Positions 18,757 through 29,052 of a stretch of 64,000 nt of DNA are shown in pieces; the stretch's first letter is position 1; the number at the start of each line of letters is the position of its first letter. The position numbers and the translations under genes are program-made. The notes below the pieces were generated by a model that saw nothing but the letters and a program-made list of their open reading frames with translations, was not told the DNA's origin and did no database searches. Origin of the DNA: an uncultured virus (IMG/VR IMGVR_UViG_3300020180_000011) (lineage: Duplodnaviria > Heunggongvirae > Uroviricota > Caudoviricetes); IMG/VR virus record IMGVR_UViG_3300020180_000011. One strand, 5' to 3'.

Positions 18757-19542
18757 ATGTGGAAAGCAAAAACTACGACAGAAAAACAAGCTCCTGCATA
18801 TACTAGCTCACCCTTAGACAAATACGACTACCTATCTACTGGTGCTACTAAAGAGTTACTTAGTACGTCTTTGCTATCTGATAGATTTTTATATAAGTTT
18901 AACTTTGTAGAGAACAGCTTATTTCAGAACAATATTTACGGTAGTATATCTCTTAGTTACAGGCCCTTGAGCATCAGTGACGACTCTAATGTAGTATATC
19001 CCTCTAAGCTACTTGCGCAGGCTACAGGAGCTGCTACAGCCTTATCACAGAATCTATACTATCTATTTAACACCCTCAGTACTATAGATGTCTTAGACAC
19101 TGAGCACAAGAATCTTGATTTGACATATGAAATAGTTATATCCAATATTCAAAGCTATGAAGATATTAGTTTTCTTACTCAGATAGGTGGCATTGAGCGG
19201 ATTGAACTTCTAAATACGGCTCTTAACTACACAAGCATCATTGACTTATCTTTACTGGCTAGTCATAGTTATAACTTCAATAGCTCATTGACTATACGGA
19301 TTAAACAGCCTTTGTACAAGATAGATGGTACAGCATGTACAATTGCTAACTATCTGGTTAAGCCCAATAAATACCTCATAAAAGCAGTAGCTAACAGCCT
19401 ATCTAACAGACAAGTAGATTTTATTGAGTTAAGTCATTATGGAGTATTTCCTAGACTTAATTCTTTTACTGACATAGACGCTCAGTTGCCTTGCTTTTTC
19501 TCTAACTCCTCCTATGTGTATTTCATCGTGAGGTCATTTTGA
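18757..19542 (+). CDS. Hypothetical tail-region protein
   Basis: Tightly packed ORF in the tail operon. Confidence 0.6.
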   Translation: MWKAKTTTEKQAPAYTSSPLDKYDYLSTGATKELLSTSLLSDRFLYKFNFVENSLFQNNIYGSISLSYRPLSISDDSNVVYPSKLLAQATGAATALSQNLYYLFNTLSTIDVLDTEHKNLDLTYEIVISNIQSYEDISFLTQIGGIERIELLNTALNYTSIIDLSLLASHSYNFNSSLTIRIKQPLYKIDGTACTIANYLVKPNKYLIKAVANSLSNRQVDFIELSHYGVFPRLNSFTDIDAQLPCFFSNSSYVYFIVRSF

Positions 19543-22193
19543 TTAAGATTAATACCACTAAATTAGATTTGCAGGGTATTGACCTAGCTAATGGTGTAGT
19601 CAAACTAGATGTTTCATTGAACGATTACCCTAGGTTAAACATAGTCAGATACGGTAAAGACTTATCTCCTGACTCGTTAGGTAAGGTAGTTGTATTTGAA
19701 GGATTAAGATTTTATTGTGAAAGCTCCTATATCAAAAGACTACCATCTGCTGCTGACCTAAATCCTCTATTTGCCGATGAGATTACGAGCACATTTGTAC
19801 ACGTAAGCAAAAGAGTATTTGAGAAGCCTATTCGTAAGAGACGTAAAGGTAAATCAAACAGCTACAAGATTACTACTAGTTATTCTTTTTACAACTTAGA
19901 CAGTTACTTTAATGAGGCTAACAGTGAAGGTAGTTCCTTTGGTGCAAATGTAGAAGGATTATCTGCTGGATTTGTGCGTATTGGTAAGGAAGAAGATACA
20001 GAAGATAACGAATCTGTAACTTCACTCAAAGCTTTGTATGAGCCCAGGCTAAAGATAGCTAAAAAAGTATGGTCATTTAATCAAGGAAGACTTAGTTTTA
20101 AGAGTCTAGCTCAGCAATCTTGTGGTATTCAACCTCATCATCTTGTAGGCGATATTACTACAGGTATTAGCGCTATTCCTACCTATCAAAGAACTGAGAT
20201 TACATGGGAAGAAGAGCCTCTTGCAGCTAAGACCTCCAAAAGTACTCAAGTAGTTAAACTGGATGACGAGAAGTACTATACCTATGAGGGAGACTGGAAT
20301 CCTCATATGCGTCCTCCTACTAACTTAACTCCTAGAGACCTATCAGCTAACTCTGATATGGGAGGAACTACTAAGCAATTTAAGATTACTAACTACAAGT
20401 TTGGTCAACCTGATACTGAAGTTGAAGGAGTGTTTGGGTTTGCTCATGCTGCATTAGAGTTAGTAGCTGACCCTGCTAGACCTAATGATTTGACAGACTT
20501 CTTTTTGAATTCCATTAAAGGAGATGCATCTACTTCAGGTAATGCTATCCATGAGATTGCTCAGGCTATTGTATCAGAAACACTAGGTTACCCTTCTATT
20601 AATTTAGCTAACTCTATGGAGTGGCGATTAATTAGCGTCAAGTTTAAGAAGTACAAATATCAGACTGTTCCTATTTCTTTTCCTACTCCTTATGTGAGAA
20701 ACGAGAAGGGATTGTTGGTGCCTGTTACTGTGCCCTCTGAGTATGATAGTTTTCTAACCAATCTACAAATTGAGGTACTTACTGGAGAAGAGGCTGAAGG
20801 ATGGGAACTACGTAGGTTTGCTACAGAGGATGCAAAAGAGTGGACTAAAGGTTCTATAGCTGCATGGAATCGTTTAAACACCGCTAAGACTATTGGCTCA
20901 GCTATCCAAGGTGCAGACGCAAATATAACTAATTGGTTAGTGCTGACAGAGAAATTGAATTTAGAGCAGTATTTATGGCGACGCATTCCTATTATTGAAA
21001 AAGTCAATTACTATATAGGTGCTTACGCAGACTTTTATAAAGATGCAGAGAAAGTTCAATGGGATGTTCAATACATACCTAGAAACCAAGTGTCTCAGTT
21101 TCAAGGAAGTGATGATACTACAGAAATACCTGTACTATTCCCTAGCGTAGATTGGGTTCCAGAGCTAATGTTGCTGTCTAGGATTAGGTTTACTTCTAGT
21201 ATTGCTACTATGGGCAATCCTAAATTCAATCCTTTTGCACCTAATCTGTATGATACTAACCCTACTACTATTACAAGTGGTAGTGAGGAGTATGAGCATA
21301 TTAGTTACTCTATTTTGCCCTCGCAATCAACTAAACCTGATATCAATAAACTCAATGCTAAAAGAGTAGACATAAATCAATTAGTATCTATTGCTAACGC
21401 TCAGCAAGATTTAGCAGGCACTAGATTTAAGGTTCATGACTACATGCAGGTTAACGATTACGGTTTACCTGGTTCTAACCCATTTATAGGTAACATCGAG
21501 GTTGTAGGCTCTTACAGTGCAGATGGCTCTACTCCCCTAGATAAATTTATTAGTTATGTAACTATTAAGTCCTCTCAAGGTGAGGGAATTAAGAACAACA
21601 AAACTGCATCTAGTTTTTCTACTGCTGAAGGTAGACCTCCTTCCGCTACCATCCGCAAACCTAATTACAAGCAGGTTATTGATGATAGGGCATCTAAACC
21701 TCCTTATGAAGATAGTAAGACTTATGTATCCTCTAACATTACTAACCCTGGCAATGACTACATTACTTCGTACTCAGCATCAGGCGCTAGAAGTTTTCCA
21801 GAAGCAGTGAGAGCTGCAGAGTTTGAATTAGACCTATCTCAAATTAACTCTAGTAGTAGCTCTACTTTAGTGACTTTTACTAGAAAAGTAGATTTAGGTG
21901 CTATCTGCGGTAGTACCATTGATATAGGAGTTCCTGGTCTTGTGAACGTAGTTAAAGGTGCTTCCTATGAAGTACAAGTAGCAAATAACCAAGCATTTGT
22001 ACAGCCTTTGAGTGTGCAGATAGGTAGTTACATACCTACACGTTGCTCTGGTACTTCTATTCGAGTAAATAGTAACAAGTATACTGATGATAGACCTGTA
22101 CAGGGTTCGGGTGAACTAGACCTGAACATAGATGTAGGTAATTTTGGTACTCAAGGTATGACATTCCCTAAAGAATACAGTAGGTGGGCTTAA
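19539..22193 (+). CDS. Large tail tip/hub-like protein
   Basis: 884 aa, overlaps the upstream stop, RBS GAGG; lies between TMP and the fibre genes. Confidence 0.55.
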   Translation: MIKINTTKLDLQGIDLANGVVKLDVSLNDYPRLNIVRYGKDLSPDSLGKVVVFEGLRFYCESSYIKRLPSAADLNPLFADEITSTFVHVSKRVFEKPIRKRRKGKSNSYKITTSYSFYNLDSYFNEANSEGSSFGANVEGLSAGFVRIGKEEDTEDNESVTSLKALYEPRLKIAKKVWSFNQGRLSFKSLAQQSCGIQPHHLVGDITTGISAIPTYQRTEITWEEEPLAAKTSKSTQVVKLDDEKYYTYEGDWNPHMRPPTNLTPRDLSANSDMGGTTKQFKITNYKFGQPDTEVEGVFGFAHAALELVADPARPNDLTDFFLNSIKGDASTSGNAIHEIAQAIVSETLGYPSINLANSMEWRLISVKFKKYKYQTVPISFPTPYVRNEKGLLVPVTVPSEYDSFLTNLQIEVLTGEEAEGWELRRFATEDAKEWTKGSIAAWNRLNTAKTIGSAIQGADANITNWLVLTEKLNLEQYLWRRIPIIEKVNYYIGAYADFYKDAEKVQWDVQYIPRNQVSQFQGSDDTTEIPVLFPSVDWVPELMLLSRIRFTSSIATMGNPKFNPFAPNLYDTNPTTITSGSEEYEHISYSILPSQSTKPDINKLNAKRVDINQLVSIANAQQDLAGTRFKVHDYMQVNDYGLPGSNPFIGNIEVVGSYSADGSTPLDKFISYVTIKSSQGEGIKNNKTASSFSTAEGRPPSATIRKPNYKQVIDDRASKPPYEDSKTYVSSNITNPGNDYITSYSASGARSFPEAVRAAEFELDLSQINSSSSSTLVTFTRKVDLGAICGSTIDIGVPGLVNVVKGASYEVQVANNQAFVQPLSVQIGSYIPTRCSGTSIRVNSNKYTDDRPVQGSGELDLNIDVGNFGTQGMTFPKEYSRWA

Positions 22194-22372
22194 TGGATAA
22201 TTTTTTAGTTACTTCAGAAACGTTAGCAGCTTTTAAGACTGCGTTTGATAGCATTACTCCCTCTGTAACTCTGTCAGGTAATCTAATTACTGTTAAAAAT
22301 ACTAGCAGCTCTTCTCCTGTTAGAATTACTAGAACTACTACGCAATTACGTGGATTCGGATACTCAAGGTAG
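22193..22372 (+). CDS. Small hypothetical protein
   Basis: TAATG coupling; MDNFLVTSETLAAFK... Confidence 0.5.
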   Translation: MDNFLVTSETLAAFKTAFDSITPSVTLSGNLITVKNTSSSSPVRITRTTTQLRGFGYSR

Positions 22373-22378
22373 AAAAAA

Positions 22379-24004
22379 ATGAGAACTCAATACGCTAGCG
22401 GTAGAGCTACTTTACCTGCTCCTGCAATATCTGCATCTACTGGAGGCTCTATAGCTGGTGGAGGTAATACCTACTATTTCTACATACAAGCACGTAACCG
22501 AGTAGGATACAACCTTACTTCTCCAGCTACAGCTTTGGTCATAGCTAACAGCGGTAGCATTACTATCAATGCGTCTAGCTTTGCTGCTTTTGCATGGGAA
22601 GATTGGAGACACTTTGTAGTGTTGGTATCAACTACTGCTAGCTATAGCAATGCCAGAGTTATCTATAAACAAGAGCTATATCAAACTAATCAATATACAC
22701 AAATAGCTTTAGCTAACGTAGTTATTAACGCTAACTTCGTCATTAATGATACTGGCGTATATGCATCATCTAACTTATTGCCTGCCGCCAATGTTCCTAA
22801 CGGGTACAGGGCAACTATTACGGATAGGTCTAAGGTATTTGAATATGTGATAGGTAGTACGTCTGTAACAGATGATGTAAATGTGCTATCTAGCTCTATT
22901 GGAGGTAACAAGTGGGTCTATGTATCTAGCAACTCTTTAAGAGAACAAACAGCTAGTGCAGACAAAGAGATTCTAGAAGTTACTCCAGAAGAACTACTAG
23001 AGGGACAATTAGATAGTTACGCATCTAACCCGGTAGCTTTAAAATTCTGGATTGAAAACAATGGTGCTACTAACCTAACGTCAGGAGAGCTGCTACTTAA
23101 CGAGTACAGTAGTGATAAGAGTTTAAAGCTCAATTTCCTAGTTACTATCCTGGGGTATGTCAACCTATCTAACTATTCGTTAGTAACTAACAATGTAGAC
23201 AACTTAAATATCAGCCAGTCTTATGTTGATACTAAGATTCCTCTGTCTACTCCATTACCGCCTAACCATGCGTATGTATTTAGCTTAGTACCTGACCTAG
23301 GTACTTCTAGAGCGCTGTTTAGCGGTACTTCAGTTACTTTATATCCTCTGCTATCCCCTTTCACTACGTTTGAAGGTAGTGAGTACTGGGCCGCACCTGT
23401 AGATAGCATTAGTGCATTAAAGTCTTTGCAAACTACCCAGTTCTTTAACGGCCAAGCTAGGTTTAGTTTTTCTAACTCTCGTATTTATGTATTTGATATT
23501 ACTAGCAGTGCAACAGACAATGGCGCAGATGTACTCATACCTAATGCTTGGTCAGGTAATGGTAGATGGCTAGCACAAGAGGCTGTAATCAACGATGGCA
23601 GTATCGAACCATCCAATCTAAGTAATGCTACTTTAGCTCTCATTAGTGGGGCTATTAAGACTACTACAGTGACTATCTCTGCACCAGGAGAGTTTGCCCT
23701 AAACTTAGACAGTTCTGCATTTGACTATTACATCGTTCAATGTCCTGTTACTGATGCCTTTAATACTGGCACTGTAATTAATGTAACTAGGACTATGCCC
23801 GTAGATAGTACGTATGCAGTGGTGCTAGAGCTAAGACAGCTAACTAGCTTAATAACTTTCCATAATACTTTTGCTACTCCTGGTGGTACATCTATAGTGC
23901 TAACAGGTAACACTAAAACAGACTTAGTTCTAGTGACTTTTACTCGTAGTACGTCTAGTACAATTAAAAAGAGAGTATCAGTCCTGCAAAGAGATATTGG
24001 CTAA
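22379..24004 (+). CDS. Tail fibre/spike-associated protein
   Basis: N-terminal APAISASTGGS...YYFYIQARN; two copies of a TD(D/N)..V(L)...G.WV/WL motif seen in tailspike head domains. Confidence 0.55.
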   Translation: MRTQYASGRATLPAPAISASTGGSIAGGGNTYYFYIQARNRVGYNLTSPATALVIANSGSITINASSFAAFAWEDWRHFVVLVSTTASYSNARVIYKQELYQTNQYTQIALANVVINANFVINDTGVYASSNLLPAANVPNGYRATITDRSKVFEYVIGSTSVTDDVNVLSSSIGGNKWVYVSSNSLREQTASADKEILEVTPEELLEGQLDSYASNPVALKFWIENNGATNLTSGELLLNEYSSDKSLKLNFLVTILGYVNLSNYSLVTNNVDNLNISQSYVDTKIPLSTPLPPNHAYVFSLVPDLGTSRALFSGTSVTLYPLLSPFTTFEGSEYWAAPVDSISALKSLQTTQFFNGQARFSFSNSRIYVFDITSSATDNGADVLIPNAWSGNGRWLAQEAVINDGSIEPSNLSNATLALISGAIKTTTVTISAPGEFALNLDSSAFDYYIVQCPVTDAFNTGTVINVTRTMPVDSTYAVVLELRQLTSLITFHNTFATPGGTSIVLTGNTKTDLVLVTFTRSTSSTIKKRVSVLQRDIG

Positions 24005-24006
24005 AC

Positions 24007-27000
24007 ATGCAATTTAATAATCTTGTAAAGTATCTAACTTCTGCGGCAGAGGATGTAAACTTTGATGCGTATTGGAATCAAGTAATACTATTCCAGAAGT
24101 TTAGCACTGACTTAAGCAGTAACGAAGTACTCAAAGGATTACCCTTTCATTCTGATTACAGTAAGTACCAACGACACACCTCCAAACTGGATTCTAATAT
24201 AGAGGGTGTGCAGCTTAGTTATCAGTCGTCTAGAGCTATACCTAACCAATCTTCTGTAACAGACTACTTGGTGTTTCCTAATAAGGCAGTTAGGAATAGC
24301 AGGATATCTGAAATTAACAGTCCTGTGCTAGCGTTGTTTTTTAGTGAGCATACTCCTACGTATCTTTCAGTAAACACAGGTACTACACAAGACTTTCAGT
24401 TAGGTACTGCTAATTTTACTATTGATATATCTTTTTATGTAGAAGAAATTACACCTACGGTACTAGGTGGTAGTATTCAAAATATTTTCTCAGTGGGAAA
24501 TCCGTTAAGTACAGTAGTAATCAATGATGTACTTACTACCTCTTTTAACGGCCCTCTAACCAGATATTATGGCTTGTTTGTAGAAGGAGCTAATCTATTT
24601 TTTGTTTGTAACGGAACTAAGTATCAGCTAAATACTGCAGCTCTAGCTATAAATACTTGGTACACCTTAGCTATTCAAAGAGCAGATAATACTCTGCAAT
24701 CTTTTATAGACGGTACTTTTGTACGTGAGCATATATTTAACCAGAATTTAATTTACAGTACAGTGTCTAGTGCTCAATTCACTAGTGGACTGGGTACTTT
24801 AAATGACACATTTTTAAGAAGGCTAAATATCGGAGCAACTCCTACAGTTAGCTCAGGTCAAATTACTGGATATACTCGCAACTTAGTAGATAACTGTTTT
24901 TCAGGAGGCATATCTAACCTTAGAATAACTACTGCCGCTAGATATTTATCAGACAGGTACACTGTTAGTCTTCCTCTGTACAACGCATTAAGAGAGAATG
25001 CCTTAGATAGTGATTTTACCAATGTCTTAGTTAACTACCCGTTAACTTATGATTTCTTTGACTACGGCCCTAATAGTAAGCACTTCGCTAACAAAGAGTT
25101 TTTATACAATACTCCAATAAACGTAAGCACTGGAGGGTATGTACTAGATGGTACAGGTACTCAAGCCAGTGAAACCATACCTATTAACCTTAGTGGTACT
25201 GAGTGGACATTAGAGTTCTATCTGACTCCTTATGTGAATAACCTACCTGAAAAAGCATCTCAGGGTAAGATATATAGTACAATTGGTGAATTTCTTGCTC
25301 AATACAATTCCTTTAATAGTTATCAATTACCCTTGCTAGCGCTATCTAATAACTTACTAAAGATAACGACAGCTACTGGCGGTTCTATACTTGAGATTAA
25401 TTCTCACCTACACTCGTTACGGGCAGGAAATTTTGTCAATTCAGGGTCTCATTATCTTAGTTGCAGGTTCTCTGCTGATGGTACTAATTGGCTGTCTTTT
25501 GCTTCTGAGTCTGGTATTGACTTAGCCAATTCTGCTGCTATTGCCTATCAACCCACAGTTTTACCTACCAATCAAATTAGTTTCTTACATTCTCCCGGCT
25601 CTAGTGCTAGCTATATACCAGAAGAATTTGATAGATATGTTGGCTTTAATGCTCCTTATGAAGAGCCTCCCCTACACATCGCTATACAAAGATTCAATAG
25701 CTTCTTATATATATTTGTTAATGGGGATTTGTATAAGACTATTCCTTTTAATGTCTCTCTTAACAGTACTGGCGCTATTAAGTTGCTGCTAAACAGCAAT
25801 CATGAAAGCCTGGTTGGTACATTGAACAATACTCCGGTACAACTGCAGCTAGGAATTAAAGGTCTAAAGCTGACCAATAAAGCTAGATACACAACAAGCA
25901 TACTTAACGATGTACATAACTTACACTCTTTACAGCCTCTAAGAGTGGCAGTAAACAAAATTACTCCTCCTAGAGCAAGAGTTGTAGACATCGTTAGAAA
26001 AAACATCAGTGAGATAGTTTCTTCAGATGAGGTTGAATGGTATGTTTTTCTGTCTGTTCCTGTAGATGCTTTAACACTAGCTAAATTTAACCTTACTCAG
26101 ATAGAGGGCATATCTGGGGCATCTCTGATGACTATCACTAAGACTTCTGAGTATGAGTACACTATTAGAGCAAATACTGGTTCAGGTAACGGTAAACTAT
26201 CCCTGAACTTTATAGATAACAATACTGTTACTTACAAAAATACGTTATCTCCTATAGGGACTTATATAGGTGAGCTTAGTTTTGAAGGTCAGACATACAT
26301 CATCAATAAGAGCGCTCCTGAGCCTATCTTGACCTCTGGAGCTAGCCCTTATATCAATGGAGCATTCAGAGTAGAGATTAGGTTTAACAGCGCTCTAGCA
26401 CAGTTTAGACCGCAGTATCTAGGTGTGACTAACGGATTCATTAGTAACATCAAAGTTCTAAATGAGATTTTAAAGATTTATGATTTCTTAGTCACTCCTA
26501 TAAAAGAAGACCCAGTAGTCATACAAGCTTTACCTGGCGCAGGAGTTACTGATAATGGGCTATTGTCTTTGGCAAGCACCCCATTAGTTCGTATCTATAG
26601 TAAATCTTTTCCCATACTTCAACTACCTTTAAATATTCCTAGTTTCACCAATGATGTATCTCCTACACGCTTAGTCTTAAGTCAAACAGTACCTAACTCT
26701 CTAGTTCATAGCACAAGTATTGCTCCTACTGGTGCAGGCTCATCTATAGATGTCAATCCTTTACTAGAGCAGAGTGGGTTACAGTATACAAACTTTGATG
26801 CTATAGACACTAATTTTGCTACCTATAGCGCTACAGATTGGACTATAGAGTGGTTTTATAGAGGAGATACTAGGGGTAACAAGACTGCTCACTTGTTTAC
26901 TCTACAAAATCAAGGCTCAGGTTTTTCGGTAGTCATGATTAATGGTAAGCTGCGTATCCAACGTAGTATGGACTCTAACCAGAACTTATTCCCTTCTATT

Positions 27001-29049
27001 GACATCAATGAAGTAGCTACGGTAACTTACACTACCTGGGCTGATGTAGCTTTCACCAATCTACAAAAGTACCCTCACTTCGCTATCACCAAGAAAGCTG
27101 GGGTGTATAGGTTCTATAGAAACGGTACTAGAGTAGCTATCCTAGAAAGCCTAATCAATATAAATATCACTCAAGGTAACTTATTTGTAGGCTATTATCC
27201 TAACCGAGTAAACGATGCTCCGTATTACATGAGCTCGGTTAGGTTTACTTATGGCAAAGCTCTATACACTTCTGCAAACGTACCTGTACCCTTTGTTCCT
27301 TTCCCTGTCTTGCCTGATATTACTCAAGAGATTAGTTTACTGAACTATATATCTGCGTTTAGCAATAATGCAGTCAGCAATGTAGCTAAGACTAATGACA
27401 AAGTAATTATTTATTTTAGTAGTATTGTTCCTTTAGCCAATACTCCTTTAGTGACTATTAATGGTATTACTGCAGACGTACTATCTGAACCATTCAACTC
27501 TTACAAAGCTTCTGTTACTGTTACTGATGCTTATTTAGACGGTGAGGTTACTTTCTCTATTTTGATAGATACCCAACCAGGTATACCTTCTACCACATTT
27601 AATACAACTACTAATAATACTTCTGTAGTTATTGATAACTCACCTATCACTGCTAACTTTAGTACAGATAACCCAAATGATAGTAGACCGCTAGTTGAAG
27701 TATCAGTTACTTTTAGTGAAGTTCCTTTTTCTCTAACTAAAAATAGCTTTACGTTAACTAATTGCGTATTGTCTAATTTTGTGTTGGATGACAGGAACAA
27801 GTTTTGTACGTTTAGCCTAAGTGCTTTGACTACTGGAACTATGAGTGCTGTTCTACTGGTAGGAAGCTTTACTGATGAAGCAGGCAACCTAAGTGTCGCA
27901 TCCTCTATCTTTACTAGAACTGTTACTGTTTCAGCGGTAGTAGTAGATAGTAATTTTTCTAATGTAATCTGTTTACTTCAACCAACCACTAATGTAATAC
28001 AAGATTTATCATATAGCAACTCCATAGTAAATGTCAACAATGTTAGCGTAGTTTCTAATACTAGTCCTGCAAGTATAAATACCTCTATGTACTTTAATGG
28101 GATAGACAGCAGCTTAGATATCAATCTAGGTCAAACTCTGCCTATCAATGTGCCTTATACCATAGAGATGTTCATGTATGCAGCTACAGGTACATTATTT
28201 AAGTTGAACTCTCCTGTAGCTCAACCAGCTAGCTTTGTGACCAACAGTTCTTTCAGGGCTACTTGGAATGACGTGGTAGAAGCTAACAAGTATGTAGTAG
28301 ATGTAGCAACTAATCCTTTCTTTAATAATTATGTTACTGGATATAAGCATAGAGAAGTAACTGACAATGAGGTAACTTTAGGTAGCACTAGTTTTTCTAT
28401 AGATTCTCCAAATGCTTTGAGCCCTAAATATATCTCAGACAGAGGAGCAGTTCTCAATTGGCAGAAATCAGGAACAGATGCAGAAAACAGTAATCCTATA
28501 GTAGGGTACAGGTATGAGCTATCTACTAATCAGTTGTTTACCAACAAACTAACTGCCTATGATAATGCCTTTACTCCCAATACTTATGCAGAAGTAGGTA
28601 ATCTATCATCATTAGAGTATGTAGCATTGCCCGTAACCAATGTAGGTGCAGGAGATGAGGAGGTTATCGCCTTCAATAACAACCAAGGAGTATTACTTAC
28701 AGGACTATTTAGTAATCAGTCTTATCCTAAGCTTTGGTATGTACTAGAGGAATCATCTATTCGTTTGTATCCTAAAGATGGATATAGTATTCCTGCTGTA
28801 GCTGAGGATATTGAACTATTCAGATGGAATCATATCGCTATAGTAAATACTGGTAAATATACTTATTTGTATGTAGATGGAAATCAAGAAGACCGAGTGT
28901 TAACTAAGGCTTTCGGTGCAGTTAATGAGATAGGCTACAGTATTAGTGGATTTAAGGGATACATTACAGGATTACGTATCACTAAGGGTTATCCTAGATA
29001 TACTACTGAAACCTATACAGTACCTACTCTACCGTTCTTTGCAGGTTAG
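24007..29049 (+). CDS. Large tail protein with several LamG/concanavalin-like, Ig-like and FN3-like domains
   Basis: Repeated FTIDISFY/WTLEFY/WTIEWFY, WNHIAIV...YVDG, FKGYITGLRITKG..RY; Big-like VSVTFSE...DEAGN; FN3-like SSFRATWNDV. Confidence 0.75.
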   Translation: MQFNNLVKYLTSAAEDVNFDAYWNQVILFQKFSTDLSSNEVLKGLPFHSDYSKYQRHTSKLDSNIEGVQLSYQSSRAIPNQSSVTDYLVFPNKAVRNSRISEINSPVLALFFSEHTPTYLSVNTGTTQDFQLGTANFTIDISFYVEEITPTVLGGSIQNIFSVGNPLSTVVINDVLTTSFNGPLTRYYGLFVEGANLFFVCNGTKYQLNTAALAINTWYTLAIQRADNTLQSFIDGTFVREHIFNQNLIYSTVSSAQFTSGLGTLNDTFLRRLNIGATPTVSSGQITGYTRNLVDNCFSGGISNLRITTAARYLSDRYTVSLPLYNALRENALDSDFTNVLVNYPLTYDFFDYGPNSKHFANKEFLYNTPINVSTGGYVLDGTGTQASETIPINLSGTEWTLEFYLTPYVNNLPEKASQGKIYSTIGEFLAQYNSFNSYQLPLLALSNNLLKITTATGGSILEINSHLHSLRAGNFVNSGSHYLSCRFSADGTNWLSFASESGIDLANSAAIAYQPTVLPTNQISFLHSPGSSASYIPEEFDRYVGFNAPYEEPPLHIAIQRFNSFLYIFVNGDLYKTIPFNVSLNSTGAIKLLLNSNHESLVGTLNNTPVQLQLGIKGLKLTNKARYTTSILNDVHNLHSLQPLRVAVNKITPPRARVVDIVRKNISEIVSSDEVEWYVFLSVPVDALTLAKFNLTQIEGISGASLMTITKTSEYEYTIRANTGSGNGKLSLNFIDNNTVTYKNTLSPIGTYIGELSFEGQTYIINKSAPEPILTSGASPYINGAFRVEIRFNSALAQFRPQYLGVTNGFISNIKVLNEILKIYDFLVTPIKEDPVVIQALPGAGVTDNGLLSLASTPLVRIYSKSFPILQLPLNIPSFTNDVSPTRLVLSQTVPNSLVHSTSIAPTGAGSSIDVNPLLEQSGLQYTNFDAIDTNFATYSATDWTIEWFYRGDTRGNKTAHLFTLQNQGSGFSVVMINGKLRIQRSMDSNQNLFPSIDINEVATVTYTTWADVAFTNLQKYPHFAITKKAGVYRFYRNGTRVAILESLININITQGNLFVGYYPNRVNDAPYYMSSVRFTYGKALYTSANVPVPFVPFPVLPDITQEISLLNYISAFSNNAVSNVAKTNDKVIIYFSSIVPLANTPLVTINGITADVLSEPFNSYKASVTVTDAYLDGEVTFSILIDTQPGIPSTTFNTTTNNTSVVIDNSPITANFSTDNPNDSRPLVEVSVTFSEVPFSLTKNSFTLTNCVLSNFVLDDRNKFCTFSLSALTTGTMSAVLLVGSFTDEAGNLSVASSIFTRTVTVSAVVVDSNFSNVICLLQPTTNVIQDLSYSNSIVNVNNVSVVSNTSPASINTSMYFNGIDSSLDINLGQTLPINVPYTIEMFMYAATGTLFKLNSPVAQPASFVTNSSFRATWNDVVEANKYVVDVATNPFFNNYVTGYKHREVTDNEVTLGSTSFSIDSPNALSPKYISDRGAVLNWQKSGTDAENSNPIVGYRYELSTNQLFTNKLTAYDNAFTPNTYAEVGNLSSLEYVALPVTNVGAGDEEVIAFNNNQGVLLTGLFSNQSYPKLWYVLEESSIRLYPKDGYSIPAVAEDIELFRWNHIAIVNTGKYTYLYVDGNQEDRVLTKAFGAVNEIGYSISGFKGYITGLRITKGYPRYTTETYTVPTLPFFAG

Positions 29050-29052
29050 ATA

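Noticed and set aside
154..27887. Many - strand ORFs antisense to head, TMP and tail genes
   Set aside because: Fully overlapped by longer, motif-bearing + strand genes; shadow ORFs
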